DNA of 64,000 nt from Oculina patagonica (Eukaryota): contig NC_135770.1 of the NCBI RefSeq assembly GCF_052425735.1, positions 30,318,001 through 30,382,000 on the forward strand, given 5' to 3'. How positions within the stretch are numbered: position 1 is the stretch's first letter; every line of letters starts with the position of its first letter. Below are positions 39,319 to 54,232 of this stretch, piece by piece. A program made the translations under genes and the position numbers. The notes below the pieces were generated by a model. It worked only from the letters and a program-made list of their open reading frames with translations. It did no database searches and was not told the origin of the DNA.

Positions 39319-42300
39319 ATGTCGAAGGCGACGAAGAGAAAACACGTTGCGAAAGAAGTGTTGGATGTTTATGTGGTACCGGACCCAAACCAGCAGATTG
39401 TTAAGGTGATTATGTCTCTAAAATTGAGAACTCTCAGGAACTGTGATTGAATTGCTTTTTATAACTTTGTAATATTCAGTTTCGCGTTGCAATGGGATCC
39501 CATTGTTTAGGGGTGGGGGGGGAGGGGGAAGATATGGGGGTGCTCCCATTTTTAAGAATGGTGGCTAGGTTCTTTTATACTGCTGTCAGGCCTTTGATGT
39601 AGTTGCTGATACCACCTGGGATATTATCCTGACCTTTGGTAATTAGCAACTTCCCAAAGTCTGTACCACCAAAATAAAATAATTAAATTGCATGCATCTT
39701 TTCAGGCGTAGTCAATTGATAAACCCATAATCGATAACAATCAATAGCAATCGATATCAATCAAAGATTGATATCGATTTCTGATACCACTCGATAGCAA
39801 TCGATAAAGAAAAAAAGTTGTGAGTTCGATTGATTTTGATTTCCGATGGAAATTGATAAGGATTGGTTTATCGATTGTTATTGAGTGTTATCGATTTTTA
39901 TCAGAAACTATTTTTGTCAATATCTACAATTAAAACTGGACACAATGTTGATTTATGATTTTATTGAGTCGTTCAATCGTGGATATGCAATGCAAAAATC
40001 ACCAAGCTTATACTAAAAGAACAAGAACAATATCGATACTTCAGCACCGTTCAAAATTAGAAGAGGAAGTTGCGACCAAAGTGGCGGCATGCAACCCTCT
40101 AGTCTTGCTATAGCAACGCCATAATTATGAAGCAAAAAGATGGAAGCGTTCGGGAGAGCTACAATGTCTGTGCATATATAGGATCGCCGAAGCTGAACTT
40201 TAACCTACATGAGAACGCCAAAAAGGAGACGCAAGATGCAATCGACAGCGCTGCCTGGGATGAATGGACTAGTTAAAATATTTTAAAACCCCATACCAAG
40301 AGGATCTTGATGAACATTCTGCCTTGACCCCAGGCTGCACTACGGCAAGACTAGATGCCGAAATAATAAAATGTTTTACCATTTGAACGCCGGTCCCGTT
40401 TTGTTTTACTAAATAGTGACACCAACCTATATTGGGATTAGTGATTGTTATCGATTATTATCGATTTTCTCTATCGATTACAATCGATAATAATTTTTTT
40501 TCTGTGAGTTCGATTGTTATAATTTACCGATATCAATCGGTAATTGATATTGATAGATATCAACTGTATTGATTGATTTCCGATATCGATTTCTATCGAT
40601 TGACTATGCCTGGATTTTTAAGCCAAAGGGTTGTGGGGTGGAAAGCAGAGATTCCAACCCTTTGTGAAGGAAATTTAAATAGGGAGTATTTCTAATGCTG
40701 AAGGTGCGAGCCTCTAGTGGGGTCTGGGGGCATGTTCCACCAGGAAATTTTGCAAATTTAGGTTCTCTCAAGTGCCATTTCCGGCATTTTTACATAGTTT
40801 TTGAGTTATTCTATATGGTCTTTATTCTTTTCACAGACATTTTTCGTGCTTTTCTTTACTTTTGTTACACTCAGATCGCAAAAAAGTACCAAAGATTAGC
40901 AATTTTTTCCTTGTTTTCAATATTTCATGATAAATCGGGAGAATCTGATAAAAATCGGCAGAGCGGGAGGCAACGCATCAAATCGGGAGACACCCGATCA
41001 AATCGGGGGGGTTGGGAATCTCTGGGAAAGAGGCCGGGTAAAAGCAGGATATTTGAGCTTAGCTAAGATTTTTGTTTAAATGCCCCTCCAGAACATTTGC
41101 AGATGGTCAAAAGAGTCACTAAACTTTTCTGAAAATTTGTTAGAAGGTCCACTAAAATTGTGAAAGTCCCCACTTAGTGGAGGGGGACAGAGGGTCTGAA
41201 CCTACTGCCTCCCATGCCTTTTACTCAATTTCTCATGGTTGCTGCCATCTTAGGAATCTGTTTCCTGCCCTCCCTTCTCTTGTTTCCTGCCCTTTTCTTC
41301 TGGGCTTTCTCTTTGTCATGCCCAACCGCATTACTCATATCATTTTCATATCATATCATATCATTTTTTTGGTGTAGATTTTAGGTAGCCGTGGAAACAA
41401 CCTTCATGAGGTAGAAACTTCCGATGGCACAAAATTTCTTGTTAGTATGCCATCAAAATTCAGGAAGAGTGTCTGGATTAAAAGAGGTATGGGCCAAGGT
41501 TTAGAAGTAAGATTTGTGTAGTGTTTGTTACCAGTTGATGCATTTCACTAGCTTCTATATTAATCATTGGATTAATGTGCAAATTTAACCAGGCTCATCT
41601 CTTTTAGCACAGTTTTGTTGCACTTGGCCTAATAACTGCTGGAATATTTTGATAATGATAATGATGGCAGTTTCCCATAGTAAATGATCAAATTGCTCAG
41701 AAATAATTTTCTTATCTTTGGGTCTCCTATACAAAAGTGTATGTACTGCAAATGATAAAGAAAAGATTGAAAAACCAAGCAAGTGCTTATTAAAATTAAT
41801 TATTAAGACTTAATATAATGTTCACTATTGTATTCTTTTTTCCAGGAGATTTTGTTATTGTGGATCCCATAGAAGAGGGAAACAAAGTGTGTGCTGAGAT
41901 AGTACATATTCTGTATGGCAAGCAAATTAAATATCTGAAGAGCGAAGGATTGTGGTGAGCCAAGTTTCCATATTTTTGTGGAGAGGGAACAGGGTAACAG
42001 AAACCCAGAAGTTAAGGTGGGACATCAAGAGAGGGCTTGAAGCAGGGGTCCCAAGGTGGCAGGAACTGTGATAAATTGGTGAAAATTTTTGCAGCATTGT
42101 ATAATATTTTGGGAATTTCAAAACTATTGGAAAATTTATTACAAAAACCTTCCTCTGGACAACTCATGTTGAACCAAAATATCAACAAAACCACTTCCAG
42201 TGTTATTGAAATTTAAATAATATTTTGCAATAGAAATAACACAAGTGGGAAGTGGAAAGTTAAGACCCGCTTTGATCCCCAACATATTTATCCCAAATTT

Positions 42301-43467
42301 CAAGATGATTCCATTAATAATATTGCAGTATTTGTAAAAAAATGAATGCGTGAATGACTTTATGTAAGTCTCAGTGAGTCTAGCCAGGGGTAAGAACCAT
42401 CTACTAATAAAGGACACTTCAAATAAATAAAATCAATCAGGTAGAAGGAGGCTATTTATATATACGTGTGTACCCTCTGTCTGACAAAGAGAAGACAGAG
42501 CTCATTTATGGAGACTCTTTGACTTAAATCTGTACCAAACTTTTTTTTTCATTTTCAAGGCCAACAGCATTCACTGAGAAGGTATTAGCTGATGAAAAAC
42601 CAGATGCTAAAGAAATAAACAGGTAGAGATCTATTATAGTTTTGTAATAATAATAATACTGATATCTTGTGTTTGATTGACATCTTATCTTATACTCTAT
42701 GATACAGTAGAACCCCGGTAACTCGAACTCGGATAGCTCGAACAACCCCGCTAACTCAAACTAACTCCCATTTCCCTTGGATTTGACCCCACTATTCAGT
42801 CATTTTTACTCGGTTAACTCGAACTCGGATAACTCGAAAACCCCGCTAACTCGAACTAAATTTCGTTTCCCTTGAACAAAATTTGGGTCAAATTTACCCC
42901 GATAACTCGTATTCCGGTTCTTGCAACTCGCCACGGTTGTCCACTGATTAGAGCAACGAAGAGATCACGTACTTGACAGCCAATTTTCCACTCTTATCAT
43001 AACAATGTATGATCGTGATAGAGTGTCTGGCAAGATAAGTTCAATTTGCACTGTACTGTATACTGAAGTGCTAAAAAATCAGTAAACTGTCAATTATTAA
43101 CTTGGCAAATTAAATATTCCCTTCAGAGTTCGAGTTATCGGGGTTCTACTGTAGTTGCATAATATCATTATTAACTTCACCCTCTCACCCTCTCACTTAC
43201 TTCAAAAGACCACTGAAAGTAACAAGGATCAGTTAACCCATTCCAATCAATGTTTTTTTTTTTGTTTTTTGTTATCTTGGTAGCAATGAACATATGCATG
43301 GTAATAATGGCATCAGTAATGATGATGACGATGACAATGATGGTGCCGAAGATGATGATGATGATGATTATGATGATGATGACCTGTTTGTCAATCCAAA
43401 CCACCAGAAAACAACCTGCTATGTCGATTCAGATTCCAGTGATGAAAGTGAAGACAATGAACAGTGA
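39319..43467 (+). CDS. EIF1AD: Probable RNA-binding protein EIF1AD (eIF1A-like OB fold)
   Basis: Exons 39319-39405, 41378-41486, 41846-41954, 42560-42622, 43284-43467 give 183 aa. Motifs: [46 protein letters not shown], acidic tail with DLFVNPNH. Confidence 0.96.
39703..40612. mobile_element. Non-autonomous DNA element with ATCGAT-rich subterminal repeats
   Basis: TIR CAGGCGTAGTCAAT / ATTGACTATGCCTG; no clear TSD. Confidence 0.65.
40646..41024. mobile_element. MITE, TIR CAGAGATTCC(C)AACCC, 6-bp flanking repeat GGAAAG
   Basis: TIRs and direct repeat read directly. Confidence 0.7.
42705..43151. mobile_element. Tc1/mariner-type MITE (TA TSD) in EIF1AD intron 4
   Basis: TA-CAGTAGAACCCCG(G/A)TAACTCGAACTC ... 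GAGTTCGAGTTATCGGGGTTCTACTG-TA. Confidence 0.85.
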
Positions 43468-46400
43468 ACAGATATCTTAAAATCAGTTCTGTATAGCAGA
43501 AGCAAGGGTTCCAGTACAAAAATACCTGTCCGTTTCTGCATATCTTGACTGCACAAAACTTTTCTTTGTCTTAGTAAGAATGCCTTGGCACAAAATATGT
43601 ATTAGCCAGTAAGAATAGTCCAATTTCAATATTTTAAAATTCAGCCTAATACAATAGACATCACTATGAGGCTCTGGGGAATAAACCCCACAAACTCTAT
43701 AGTCTATTTCCCAGAGCCTCGTACTGAGGTCTATTATTTTAGGCTGAATTTTAATATATCGCAATTAGGCTATTTAAATGAGGCTCATTTTTATCATGCA
43801 TTCATTCTGCACTAAGATTCATGAACTTTTGACATAAATAGTGGCTTGGATTCTGGCTTGACTATTTATTTTCAGCTTACTCAAGCTATTGAATAATGAA
43901 AACTCTCTGCACAGACATATTAATTTTATAAACAAAAGGCCTGGCAAAATGAGGCAACATGACTGTTTACTCATTTTGCAAGACCTTAAAAAAAGGATGA
44001 GGGGTAGGTTATTGGATCAATCAGAAAACTCGCAAAACAATGGAGATCTTATAAAAAAAGAAGCAAAGGGCTGCAAAGTACACAGAATGAAAACGGACCT
44101 GTATTAATGGCAGGATAATATTTTTTGGATACCAACATTGCAGCTTCTGCGTGACTACTTACACATTAAACATCAAAATATAAATTGTTAGTGAAAGGGG
44201 CTAGTTTCTGCTCTGTTTCTTTTGACGTAGTAATTAATAATAAGCATGATGGTTTGACTAGACCTTCACGAGTAATTTTGCAATTAATATACGGGTAATT
44301 ATTATCAATAAATAAATAGATAATTTGCTGGTAAAAATAAATCAATTAGCAATGTACTAAAAAAAAGTGTTCAGTATAACTGAAAATTGTTAAGGAGCTT
44401 GTTGTTCAAAGATGTTGAACTGACTGTATTGTGCAAGCTGTTTCACGTGGTTGGGTTAAGACAAACTTGTACAGTAGAATTTGTTCTTGTGAAGTCATTG
44501 CAGTTTGATTGGCAGATTGTTTTCCATGATAAATAAAGTCACTGTTTAGCCAGAAATAATAATAATTTATAATATATTATTTCATTTTTAGTGAAAAAGT
44601 AAAAGTTGTATTTTTGAATTATTGAAATGCAAAACTAACACAGCAAGATGACTTTCTTGAAACAATTTTAATTTATTTACTTGACTTGGGTAAAGAATTT
44701 TTACCTACTGTCAAACATTTACCTTCAACATATACATGCAGTAAAAACTTGTGTCTGTCTTGGAGGGGGCATTGGGGCCTGTAAGAAACCGAAAAACCGC
44801 ACAAAAAATCATGCAAAACCGAAAAACCGAAGTGAATTTCAATCAAAACCGAAAACCAAACATAACATTCCAAATTTTGAAGCTTTAACCATAATTAACA
44901 GTTCACTGGCGAAAATTGTCTGATTGGTCGACGCGCACCCACGTGACACCGTTCAAAATGGCGGACGAATGCGGACAAGATGGAAGGTTGTAAGTCTTGT
45001 AATGCGAAGTTGTAGACGCATGCATACTGAAAGAATACGGATATTTTTTCTTTCTAGAAGAAATCTTTCATGCGAGACCAGTGCTCGAGTCCGCATTTAC
45101 ACACAACGTAACGCAAAGGACGGCCGAGGGAGCAAGGAGCGTGTACGAGCTCATTTCAAAAATCTACAAAAATCAATGGTTTCATCATTGACGTGCAATC
45201 AAATTGTCGGTAAGAAATAGGGCTGTACTTTACACTTCAGTTGCAAGATTGGTTTCCTTCAGCAAAATGGAACCGATGCGTTTCGTAACAATAACATATA
45301 AGCTTATATTGAACCTATTTGGTTTTTGAGGTTGTCATCCGATCGATCACATAAGCTTAAGCTTATATTTTTGCACGTTCGTCAATTAGTCATATTAATT
45401 TTATTCATTGTCCAACTCTCTTTATAAACGAAGTTGCCAAGTACATCTGTTTTGTGACTTGAGGTTAAATTTCCTCTGGCATTTGTAGCTCATTAGGTAG
45501 TAATATGAATGATAAATGTTTTGCCTTTGAAATGAACAGTTTTTGTAGGTAAAATTGATTATTTGTAGCATTTCTAATAATTTCTTATAGGTTACATGCA
45601 CAAATACCACCATACATATGTGAATGCTGTATTATACATCAGTCCCTGAGAATTATTGCTTTCTCTTCATACACATTTGTTGTGAATAAAAGGGGAAATA
45701 TCAATTCAATGTATGCTATTATTTCAGTACTGTAATATTTATTTTCAATACATGTCTTATCCCTTTACCACCCCCCCCCCCTCTTCTCCCAAACTGCATG
45801 CAGCCATCCCACCTGAAAAAAAAAGACCTGATTGCATGCTGTTAAAAACAAATTGCTTACACTTAAATGGTTTGTTGTGCATTCCTACAAGTTATTTTTT
45901 TTTAACAAGACACAGTATTTTGAATTCATTTACAGATTCACTGAAACAAAATTGTGACACTCACACAAAAATATCTTGAATTTCAATACAACACGCTGAA
46001 CTTTGCATGAGGCTGTCAAAAGGTATCACTATGTGGGCTGGAATGAGCATCTTTTTACTGTAATTGTTACTGAAAAACCATTTTATTGGAGTGACAAAAA
46101 AAGTTTATTATTTGTTACTATTTAATATCTCCCAGTAACTTTTACGAAACACAAAGAGAGCAGCAGTCTGAATGAGAGAAAAAGAATTTCAAATTTATTG
46201 TCATTTTAGTGATCTTACAGTCAGTAAACACTGGTCTCTATTTGTTGCCATTTAGCCAACTGCACAACCTGCAAAAATAAAATAATATTTGAAAGTTAAT
46301 GATTGCTGAAAAAAAAACTTTTAAATACCGTAGTTTCTGATCCAAGATGACCTTCAATCCAACACGGTATCCAAATCTAGTAGTCTATAGATGGCTAACA

Positions 46401-46766
46401 ATGTAAAAAGATTAATTAAAAGGAGAGTAGCAAAGCTGATTTTTGAGGCATGAAAAGCATATCAGGTAAAACTTTATTTATGCAGGGTGGCCCATTCAGC
46501 ACAGTGGCTGGTCTCCAGAGGGGTCCTGCTAAATACAATTTCTAAAAATATAAAATAAAATATCTAATTAAGGAAATAAGCAACAATTTTCAGTACATGT
46601 AGTTACATGTATGAGGCCCCTTGATGATAAATTTTGTTGAATTTTACTATTTCCTGCAAATTTCAATTTTCAGTAGTTACATGTGTGGGGCATCAGTTTG
46701 AAGCATTCTGTCACACTGCCTGTCAATCTTTTACTAAAGTCCCTCGTGTACCGAACATTGTTACTT

Positions 46767-47031
46767 TCCGTATTTTCTCGATTAAACGCCGGGCCCCGAA
46801 TAAACGCCGGGTCTCCAAGGTAGAGTGGTAAGTAAGCCTTTTAGGCATTTATTTGAGGTGTAATATGCTTTAGGTATGATGGCAAGATACATTCATGTCA
46901 CAAATAATGACTAAAAACCCTTGTTTAATAAACATTTTGCTCAAATAAACTGCACCATTCAAATAAACGCCGGATCCACAGAACCAAGTTTGAAATAAAC
47001 GCCGGGGGCGTTTAATTGAGAAAATACAGTA
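46767..47031. mobile_element. Tc1/mariner-type MITE
   Basis: CCGTATTTTCTCGATTAAACGCC ... GGCGTTTAATTGAGAAAATACAG. Confidence 0.7.
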
Positions 47032-49458
47032 TGTCAATTCCCCTCACTCTGCAGTTGGATAGCAGTCATTTACACACAAGTTGTCAGCTACATTATATTA
47101 TGTTAATTTGACAAATTTCATGAAAACTATTGAAGCTCTAGCCTCCTTGTGAAACATCATCGCTGTGCTGAATGAAAACTTTGATGTACAAAGTTAATAA
47201 TTTTGAGGTCAAGCTATTGAAGCAAAAGTCAGATCCTTTGATTGTTCCAGTGAATGTACAAGCAGTTATTTTCCTTTTGTTGGGTTCAAGCAAATAAACT
47301 TGGAAGATTTGAAAATGTAGCTTTTGCTTTAGTTAAACATGTGTGACATGTAGTAATGTTAAACAGGGTACAGGTAAGTCATTACAATGTACATTGTATA
47401 AATTTTGTTATAATTTATTTACCCATACATAAATGGTTAAACCTAATTCTGTTTTTTCGATAAGTTACCCATATCCTTAATCCTCTGTTGCAGTTAAACT
47501 ATGACAAAGCTTTATCTTGTAGAACAGCATCTTGCAACACATTCAGATGGCTATGTGTTATGAATATTCCAATATGTATGAATGCCATTTTTTTAGCCCT
47601 AAAGTTTGCATTTCTAATGTAATTGACTGGCAATCAAAATATCTCTAACCCAATTAAAAAATCCCACTTCCCTAAACAGAAACATATGCATCCAAATAAA
47701 CACAAAGTGGGGTGAAACTGAACCCAAAATAAGCATTTCCTTAATCCTGGTTTTCACTAGTGAAGCAAGCACAAGTGCAAGTACAAAAACTTGAACTAGA
47801 GTTCAAACAAACACTGAGAAATGTAAGTGCCGCACAAGGATGAAGACATTTTGATGTTTGTATTGGCACAAGTTGATGGTGAAATCCTGTGCACAACACT
47901 TGACTGAGCCTAAGGTGTTCTGGTTTTTGATAGATACAGAAAATCGGAAACTTTGTAAACTTCAACAAAGACTTGCCAAGGCACATTTATTCTTATAACA
48001 CATTGAAACTGTGAACTGAATTTAACCGGCCTTCTTGCAACAGTGAAAAGCATGAAAATGGCATGTGGGATGACAAACAGAAACTGATGTACATGTAAAG
48101 AGCTCATGGACAAAAAGAGCATGTGGTAAACTTGACAGTTGCTGTACTTAATATCACCAGTTTTAAGGAACTAACAAAAGTGAAACCAACATGCAATGTC
48201 AATTTAAACACTGTACAGGTACAAATGCCATTTGAACAATTCTGGAACTCTAGAAAATAAATTTCTTTTGTATTCTGTGTCTGTATTTTTCTTTGAAATT
48301 AAAGCTTCTTTATTTGTACTGCAGTTCCAAAAGGGTTATCTAACATACCGAAAGCTACATGTGTATGGCCTCTGAAATATAAAAAGCCTTCTGGGGAGCA
48401 ACATTTAAACTTAGGAAGTTTTATGTTCATAATGCAGTATAATTTCTGGCAGAGAGTTTTTAGAAAGAAAAGATCATCAATACATGCCATACATGATATT
48501 TATATTTGGACCAGACAAGATCAAGAAGAAACGAACAACTGAAGAAAAGAAAACTTCCAAGGTAAACAAATACGAATCTCTAAGGCCCTATTCTCCCAGA
48601 GGAGATTTGAGGATTCAGATGAAACAAATCCGAAAATATAGACGGAAAAGCTATTTCTTTAAAATTCTTGCCATGTTAGGGAAAAAAATTTACACACAAA
48701 GATTTACAATTCCATGGAACCATTCGCATTTACACTCGTGCCGCAATAAATAAATAACAAATTAAGCAATAAACTATCGAATTGTACGATAACATCATTT
48801 TTATGTAGGATCGATCAGCCACTAATTATAAATAAAACAGCTCTCGGAGACCCATTATTCCTTTGAAGGAAAACTTGAATACACTGTGCGAAAATCAATT
48901 TTTGGGTCGCGTTTTTATAGTGGAATATTGTTCTTCGATATCGATTCGACATCAATGTCGAATTCTCTCTCCAAAATACAGTCCAAGTTTCAGCCAATTG
49001 CCACTCCCCTGCAACTCGGTACAAGCTAATTTATATATCTACAAAAAGCCTAGAAAATGTACTTTTACTTACTTATAATCCCTTCGTGTACCGTGCTGCA
49101 CGAAACATACCGTAAGCAAAAACGTGAAATTCACCCACCTTTTTTTTGCATCACTTTTCGTCGCGATACTCCATTCCTGAACGCCACTGACAGTGAAATG
49201 CATTAACCAACTGCATTTGTTAATCGGTCCCAGGATGCAAGAATAACTGGAGAATGCGATACATTTAACAACGTGAAGAAAACAATCTTCGATCTCTCAC
49301 AGAGGTAAAAAATCACAACACCTTCCTTTGTAAAAACGGCGGCCATTAACTTCTTCAATTTTGCCGGCATCTTCGCGATGAGCCAATAAAAAGGCTGGAA
49401 AGCCGTCACATGACTTTTTGCACAGCGCATGCGTATTACATTTTTCGCCAGTGAAAAT

Positions 49459-52400
49459 TAACAGGGGGCTTTTTTGCTGCGCATGCGCAATTCGCTTATG
49501 TTCGGGGATTGTTTACTCTTACAGACAGCAGTAATGTTGATAATGTGCGTTCGAAAGGACCGGTTCTCTTCATTCTGAAAGCTTGATTGAGGCCCAAAGA
49601 ATAAATATAATGACAAAAGGACCTTCTCGGTGCACTTAAAGGAAATATCGACCATTTTAAGCTTCGAAACGCGACGCCAAACAAGATGGAAGAGCAACTC
49701 ACTCCGACGACAAAATGGCGGCTGTTGTGGTCAACGGTATAATTCTTGCTTGGATTTTCTTCATGAAATGGGACGGTGTTCTCTCAATTTCTCTATCGCG
49801 GTAAGTGAATGCCATGATTACTTTTTTAAGATACTCTGTTCAGAGATCAGCCTCAAGGGTTTATGGAAAACTTTCGTTAAACTTTCATCATGTTTTTTGT
49901 CGAGTTGGGTTTCTGTTATCTTGACAGGAAATTATTATTATATCTAGGATTGATAACCACATTGTTCTTAGCAGAAATGGTAACCACTATGCTTTTTAAT
50001 TCGGTTTATATAGGGATCGTTAAAGTTAAAATTGGGGAAGTTATGGTTTTTGTGACCAACAGTTTCGTAAGCTTTAAAGCTTGGTATTCTTCTTTTGGGC
50101 TGAAAACTTACTACAAGCAAATATTTCATTTCATGATACGTCATACTTTTTTCTATGACCCATTTGGAAGTATAACATTTCAATTATCAGTAATCGGCCG
50201 TATATTTTGGCAGTTACTGTGCCTCAAATTTTGCATAAAAATCTTATCTCATGAATTTTTAATTTTGCATTATTGTATGGCATCTATTATTGATAACCAC
50301 AACAATTACACTGAAAAACATACCTTCATATTATGAATTTCCATTGTATTATGTCAGGGATGTTGTCAAAATTGGGGAAAAAAGAAAAATAACGTGTTGT
50401 TCTGAAAGCTTGTAAGCTTGGATTTATCACTAATGTTGGTATAGGGCTGCAGTGCTCCAATATAATTTCCCTTTCAAATGTCATAATACTGACCCTTGTT
50501 CGTTTTACTGAAACACAATTCATCCTTGAGTTTCCCACCGAAACGTGTGTGATGATAAGTACAGTACAGTATTTTATTATGAAGGTAAACATCTACAACA
50601 TACATGTCAACTTGAATTAAGAATAATTTATTTTTTTTCCCAAGGCATTCTTTTCAAGACAATACACCATAACATGCCCAATTTAAATGAAGTAACATGG
50701 TACCTTAACTGTTATCAGTATTATAATACTATAAACTACATGTGTGTCTTAAATGATATACAGCACTTTCAATACAATGACTTCTGCAATATTGTAATAT
50801 TGGCTCTGGACATTCCAGTTCCCCAATCATGCACACACATGTGAGACAAAAACATAACAAAATTGTCAACATGATCATACATGTAATTTGCTACTGCAAT
50901 TAACCCACCATGGTTTTCATGGGCATGGCTCTCAGATAGTGAAATCTTCATTTTATTATTGTAGTGGTGCCTTTGAAGGCAGACAAACATTGTCCAAATC
51001 CTAACCATGACATTGAAGAATTCCACAAAGTTATTCATTTTAAAAGTAACACTATAGATTTTGAGAACTAGAGGCAAATAGTTATCCAATAAGTTTAACA
51101 ATGTTCTGTATTCCAATTTGTCCTTAACACTGTCCCTAATAAAAAGCCAGCCACCATATATAACTTCATGTATAAGGCTGATTCTCCAGGGTTTAGGTGT
51201 TTTTGCTAGTTTACTTTTTGGAAAAAGTTGAGTATAGACCTTGTCAAAAAATGGACGGTAATTGTGAAAAACAGTTTCTCCCCTATTTAAGGACATATGC
51301 AGGGGTCCAATGCATGGAATTATGGACAGGATTCTTGGTTGATCAATGCTTACATGCCTGTTTGTATTATGTGTTCCAGGTCCAAAAGAGCCAACTGTGG
51401 TGTAGGAATGGTCTCCATGTACATGTAGACTGAAAGAGACTGTATTGTCAGGGACATAAGATGGTTCACAGAATTTCAAAAGACTTTCATATACAATTTG
51501 ACGGCTGTAAAATTGAGCTGGCCAGTCACCAGGCTGAGGTGTTAGAAACATTTTTAGATAGTCAGAGAGTTTAGTACTTAAAAGCATCATAAGCAGGAGC
51601 AAAGTCATCTTTGCTTTTTAAGGTTAACTGAAAAAAGTTTACCAAGTGGATGTCATCCATCTGCCTCATAGTTTGAACAGATTCATCATGTGCTGTTATC
51701 CTATGTCTGTCAAAAACTGAGTTAAAAAATGTAACTCTTATCCAGAAAGGCATTGCAAAAGAGTAAGTGAGAGTCAATTTGTACATAGTATTAAGACCAG
51801 AGACTGTGTTTATACAGGATGTTATGTCAATAGCACTTGGATTATGGTAGGTTGTTACTGGACAGGCTAGGAGGGCTGGGACATTCTTGAACACTTTGAT
51901 GATGATGGTACACATATACTTAGCATTGGGAACAGTATCAGTTTTGGGGCGTCTGTTTGAGTGAACAAAGGTGTAATCATCTGCAACTAGTACCAGTTGC
52001 CATTTATTTGTGATGGCTTGTGTAACGATTTCATCAATCTTGAATGGAGCCATTTGGGATATTCCCATAATCATTTGGTCCACCTTGCTTCTACTACAAG
52101 AACTTCCCATGGCTTTTTCTGTTTCCAATCCTTCCTGGTTAATGTTTGAATGTTTAAGAAATATAGCATGGTCGGTCTGTAACCAGTTACACACTTGGCT
52201 CAGCCCTTAACATAGCTTATAGAGGATGGCAACAGTTCGTTTCTTGTTAGTTGCAACCCTCTCTGAGGAGTGCCTGTCATCAGTAATGGCAGACAAACTA
52301 GAATTAAATATTGTATGAGCGCTGGCTCTGGTACATAATTTTTCAAACTCATCAGTATCATATATAGGAGGCCTCGCTGATTTAGTGATTTCTTTGAACA

Positions 52401-53594
52401 TAGTGTCCTGTAGACTCTGGAGCTCCTTTGAAAGGTCGCACCCTGCAAGTCAACAATTGAACAATCAATTCATAAATCAGTCATCCATTTAATAAAAGAG
52501 TCTAGCTGTCTGTTTGGCATTGAATACTGATTATTATGAACACTGGTAGCGTCATGCAATTTCTAAACTGTAAACGTCCGTTTCAGCATGGTGGATCCAG
52601 GGGAGGGGTTGAAGAGGTTACAACCCCTCCCCCCCGTTTGAAACCCTTTTTATAATGCGAATTAAGGTAGACTCCAGTTTTAGATCTTGCTTTTCCACTC
52701 AGGGGAATGCTGCGAATGGCATTTTAGAGTGAAAAATCGGAAAAAAAATTCGCCGTCCACGCCCATGACAATGGCGTGGAAAGTTATTTAGTTGTACGTC
52801 TTCCTTTTTTTTTTTTCTCCCCCCCCCCCCCCCCCCCCCTCCCCCTTCAGAAACTTCTGAATCCGCTTCGATCCGCCCTGGACTTGAACGTTAGGAACTT
52901 GCGTTTAAAGAGTAGCTTCATTTTTTCTTCCACTTCCTCATATAGACCGGGTGGAAAAAGGGCTCGGCCGCAAGGTCCTCGTAAATTTCACCAAAGCATG
53001 TGTCCTCAACCGTCCATAGTTCAAAAGATAACAGCTTTTTGTCCGAGGTCTGTGTTCCTGCCTCTTTTTTGGATGCCGGGGCCAGTTTTTTTTATTACGG
53101 ACGGGTTTGGGGGGTCTCCCAGCCTTGACGCGCTTGCATTTTCCCACTCGCTAAAATTTAAATATTATAGAAAATTATATTATATTTGTATGTTACATTA
53201 CATCGTATTTACACATCGGAAATCACAAGGAAATCAGACAGTTCTACTTGCGAAAATGTCTCGGCAGATTTTCGCGATTTTGTTACGTCCACCCTTCACG
53301 TACTGCAAATGCGCGCATCTTGTCCCAGCTAACACAAGTCGACAACTCTTCCAAGTATGAAGCCATTAGTCGGCTGAGTTTCCTTTGCGTGGAAGAAAGG
53401 GTTTTTCCGCAAACCGCGCACTTAAATGCATTTTTTTCACAATCGACAAAAACAAGAAGGAAAAAAAGGGTCAAAAAATGAATAGCGCGAGCCATTTTAT
53501 AAGAATCACTTTCAATCATAACCCGTGTTGAGCCTGCATTACGATTTCACGGTCCAGCAGTTCGCGCATGGTCATGCAAAAAAGCCTCCTGTTA
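49459..53594 (-). mobile_element. Decayed Academ-like DDE transposon
   Basis: 19-bp TIR TAACAGG(G/A)GGCTTTTTTGC at 49459-49477 and 53576-53594, enclosing frameshifted minus-strand ORFs; no TSD seen. Confidence 0.6.
50769..52448 (-). pseudogene. Frameshifted transposase-like sequence (Academ-like)
   Basis: Consecutive ORFs 52207-52401, 51571-52194 and 50769-51608 carry ADDYT, PGDW, GPLHMSLN and RHHYN motifs. Family assignment is from recalled motif pattern only. Confidence 0.6.
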
Positions 53595-54232
53595 CCATAA
53601 TTGGTACCTCGAGATTTTGAAAGAAGGAAGAAAGGAAATTTTTAAAAGAGTCGACATTTTTGTTCATTAACATACTAGATTACACTGCTCTAACTTGCAT
53701 TTTAAACATAAAAGCAGGTTTTCTTTCTACCAGCATGATCTCAGAGAAACTGTAAACCAAATTGGAGAAACCGGAAACCAGAGCAAAAGCCCAAATCCGA
53801 AAAACCCCTAGTATTTTTGCCGGAAACCAAAAACCATATGCTGATAGAAGCAAAACCCGAAAACTGAAGAAGACACCAAAACCGAATCAAAAGCCCTCTG
53901 GGCTTTCAGAGTTTAATTTATTTGAAAATAGACCGCTTTTCACGTCTATTTATTGCTTGTAAAGATATCGAAAATTAAAAAGCGTGCATCTAACATAAAG
54001 AAACATTTAGACTCCTCACCCCTAAAATTTGAACTAAAACTAAAGCTACTTTTGTCGCTCGATAAAAGTTGTGACATTCACAACACGATATACGAAACTC
54101 TTGATTCAATTCAGAAACCTTTGTCGTGAATGCTTGCGCTGAACTTCACGATTTCACAGTTAAAGATAAAAACAAAGGTTTATTCCAACTACAAAAGGTT
54201 CTCGCGCGAAAGGCTCAAAATCCAACTAAAAA

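Larger units (their letters stand above)
44762..53899. mobile_element. Possible large composite non-autonomous element with AAACCGAAAAACC subterminal arrays
   Basis: Similar AAACCG arrays at about 44785-44860 and 53765-53890; right terminus degenerate; boundaries uncertain. Confidence 0.3.

Noticed and set aside
43177-43480. Poly-Ile and poly-Met ORFs
   Set aside because: Alternative frames of the (GAT)n poly-Asp tail of EIF1AD.
47760-48120. Cys-rich peptide trace (KCKCRT...)
   Set aside because: Many stops in all frames; too degraded to assign.
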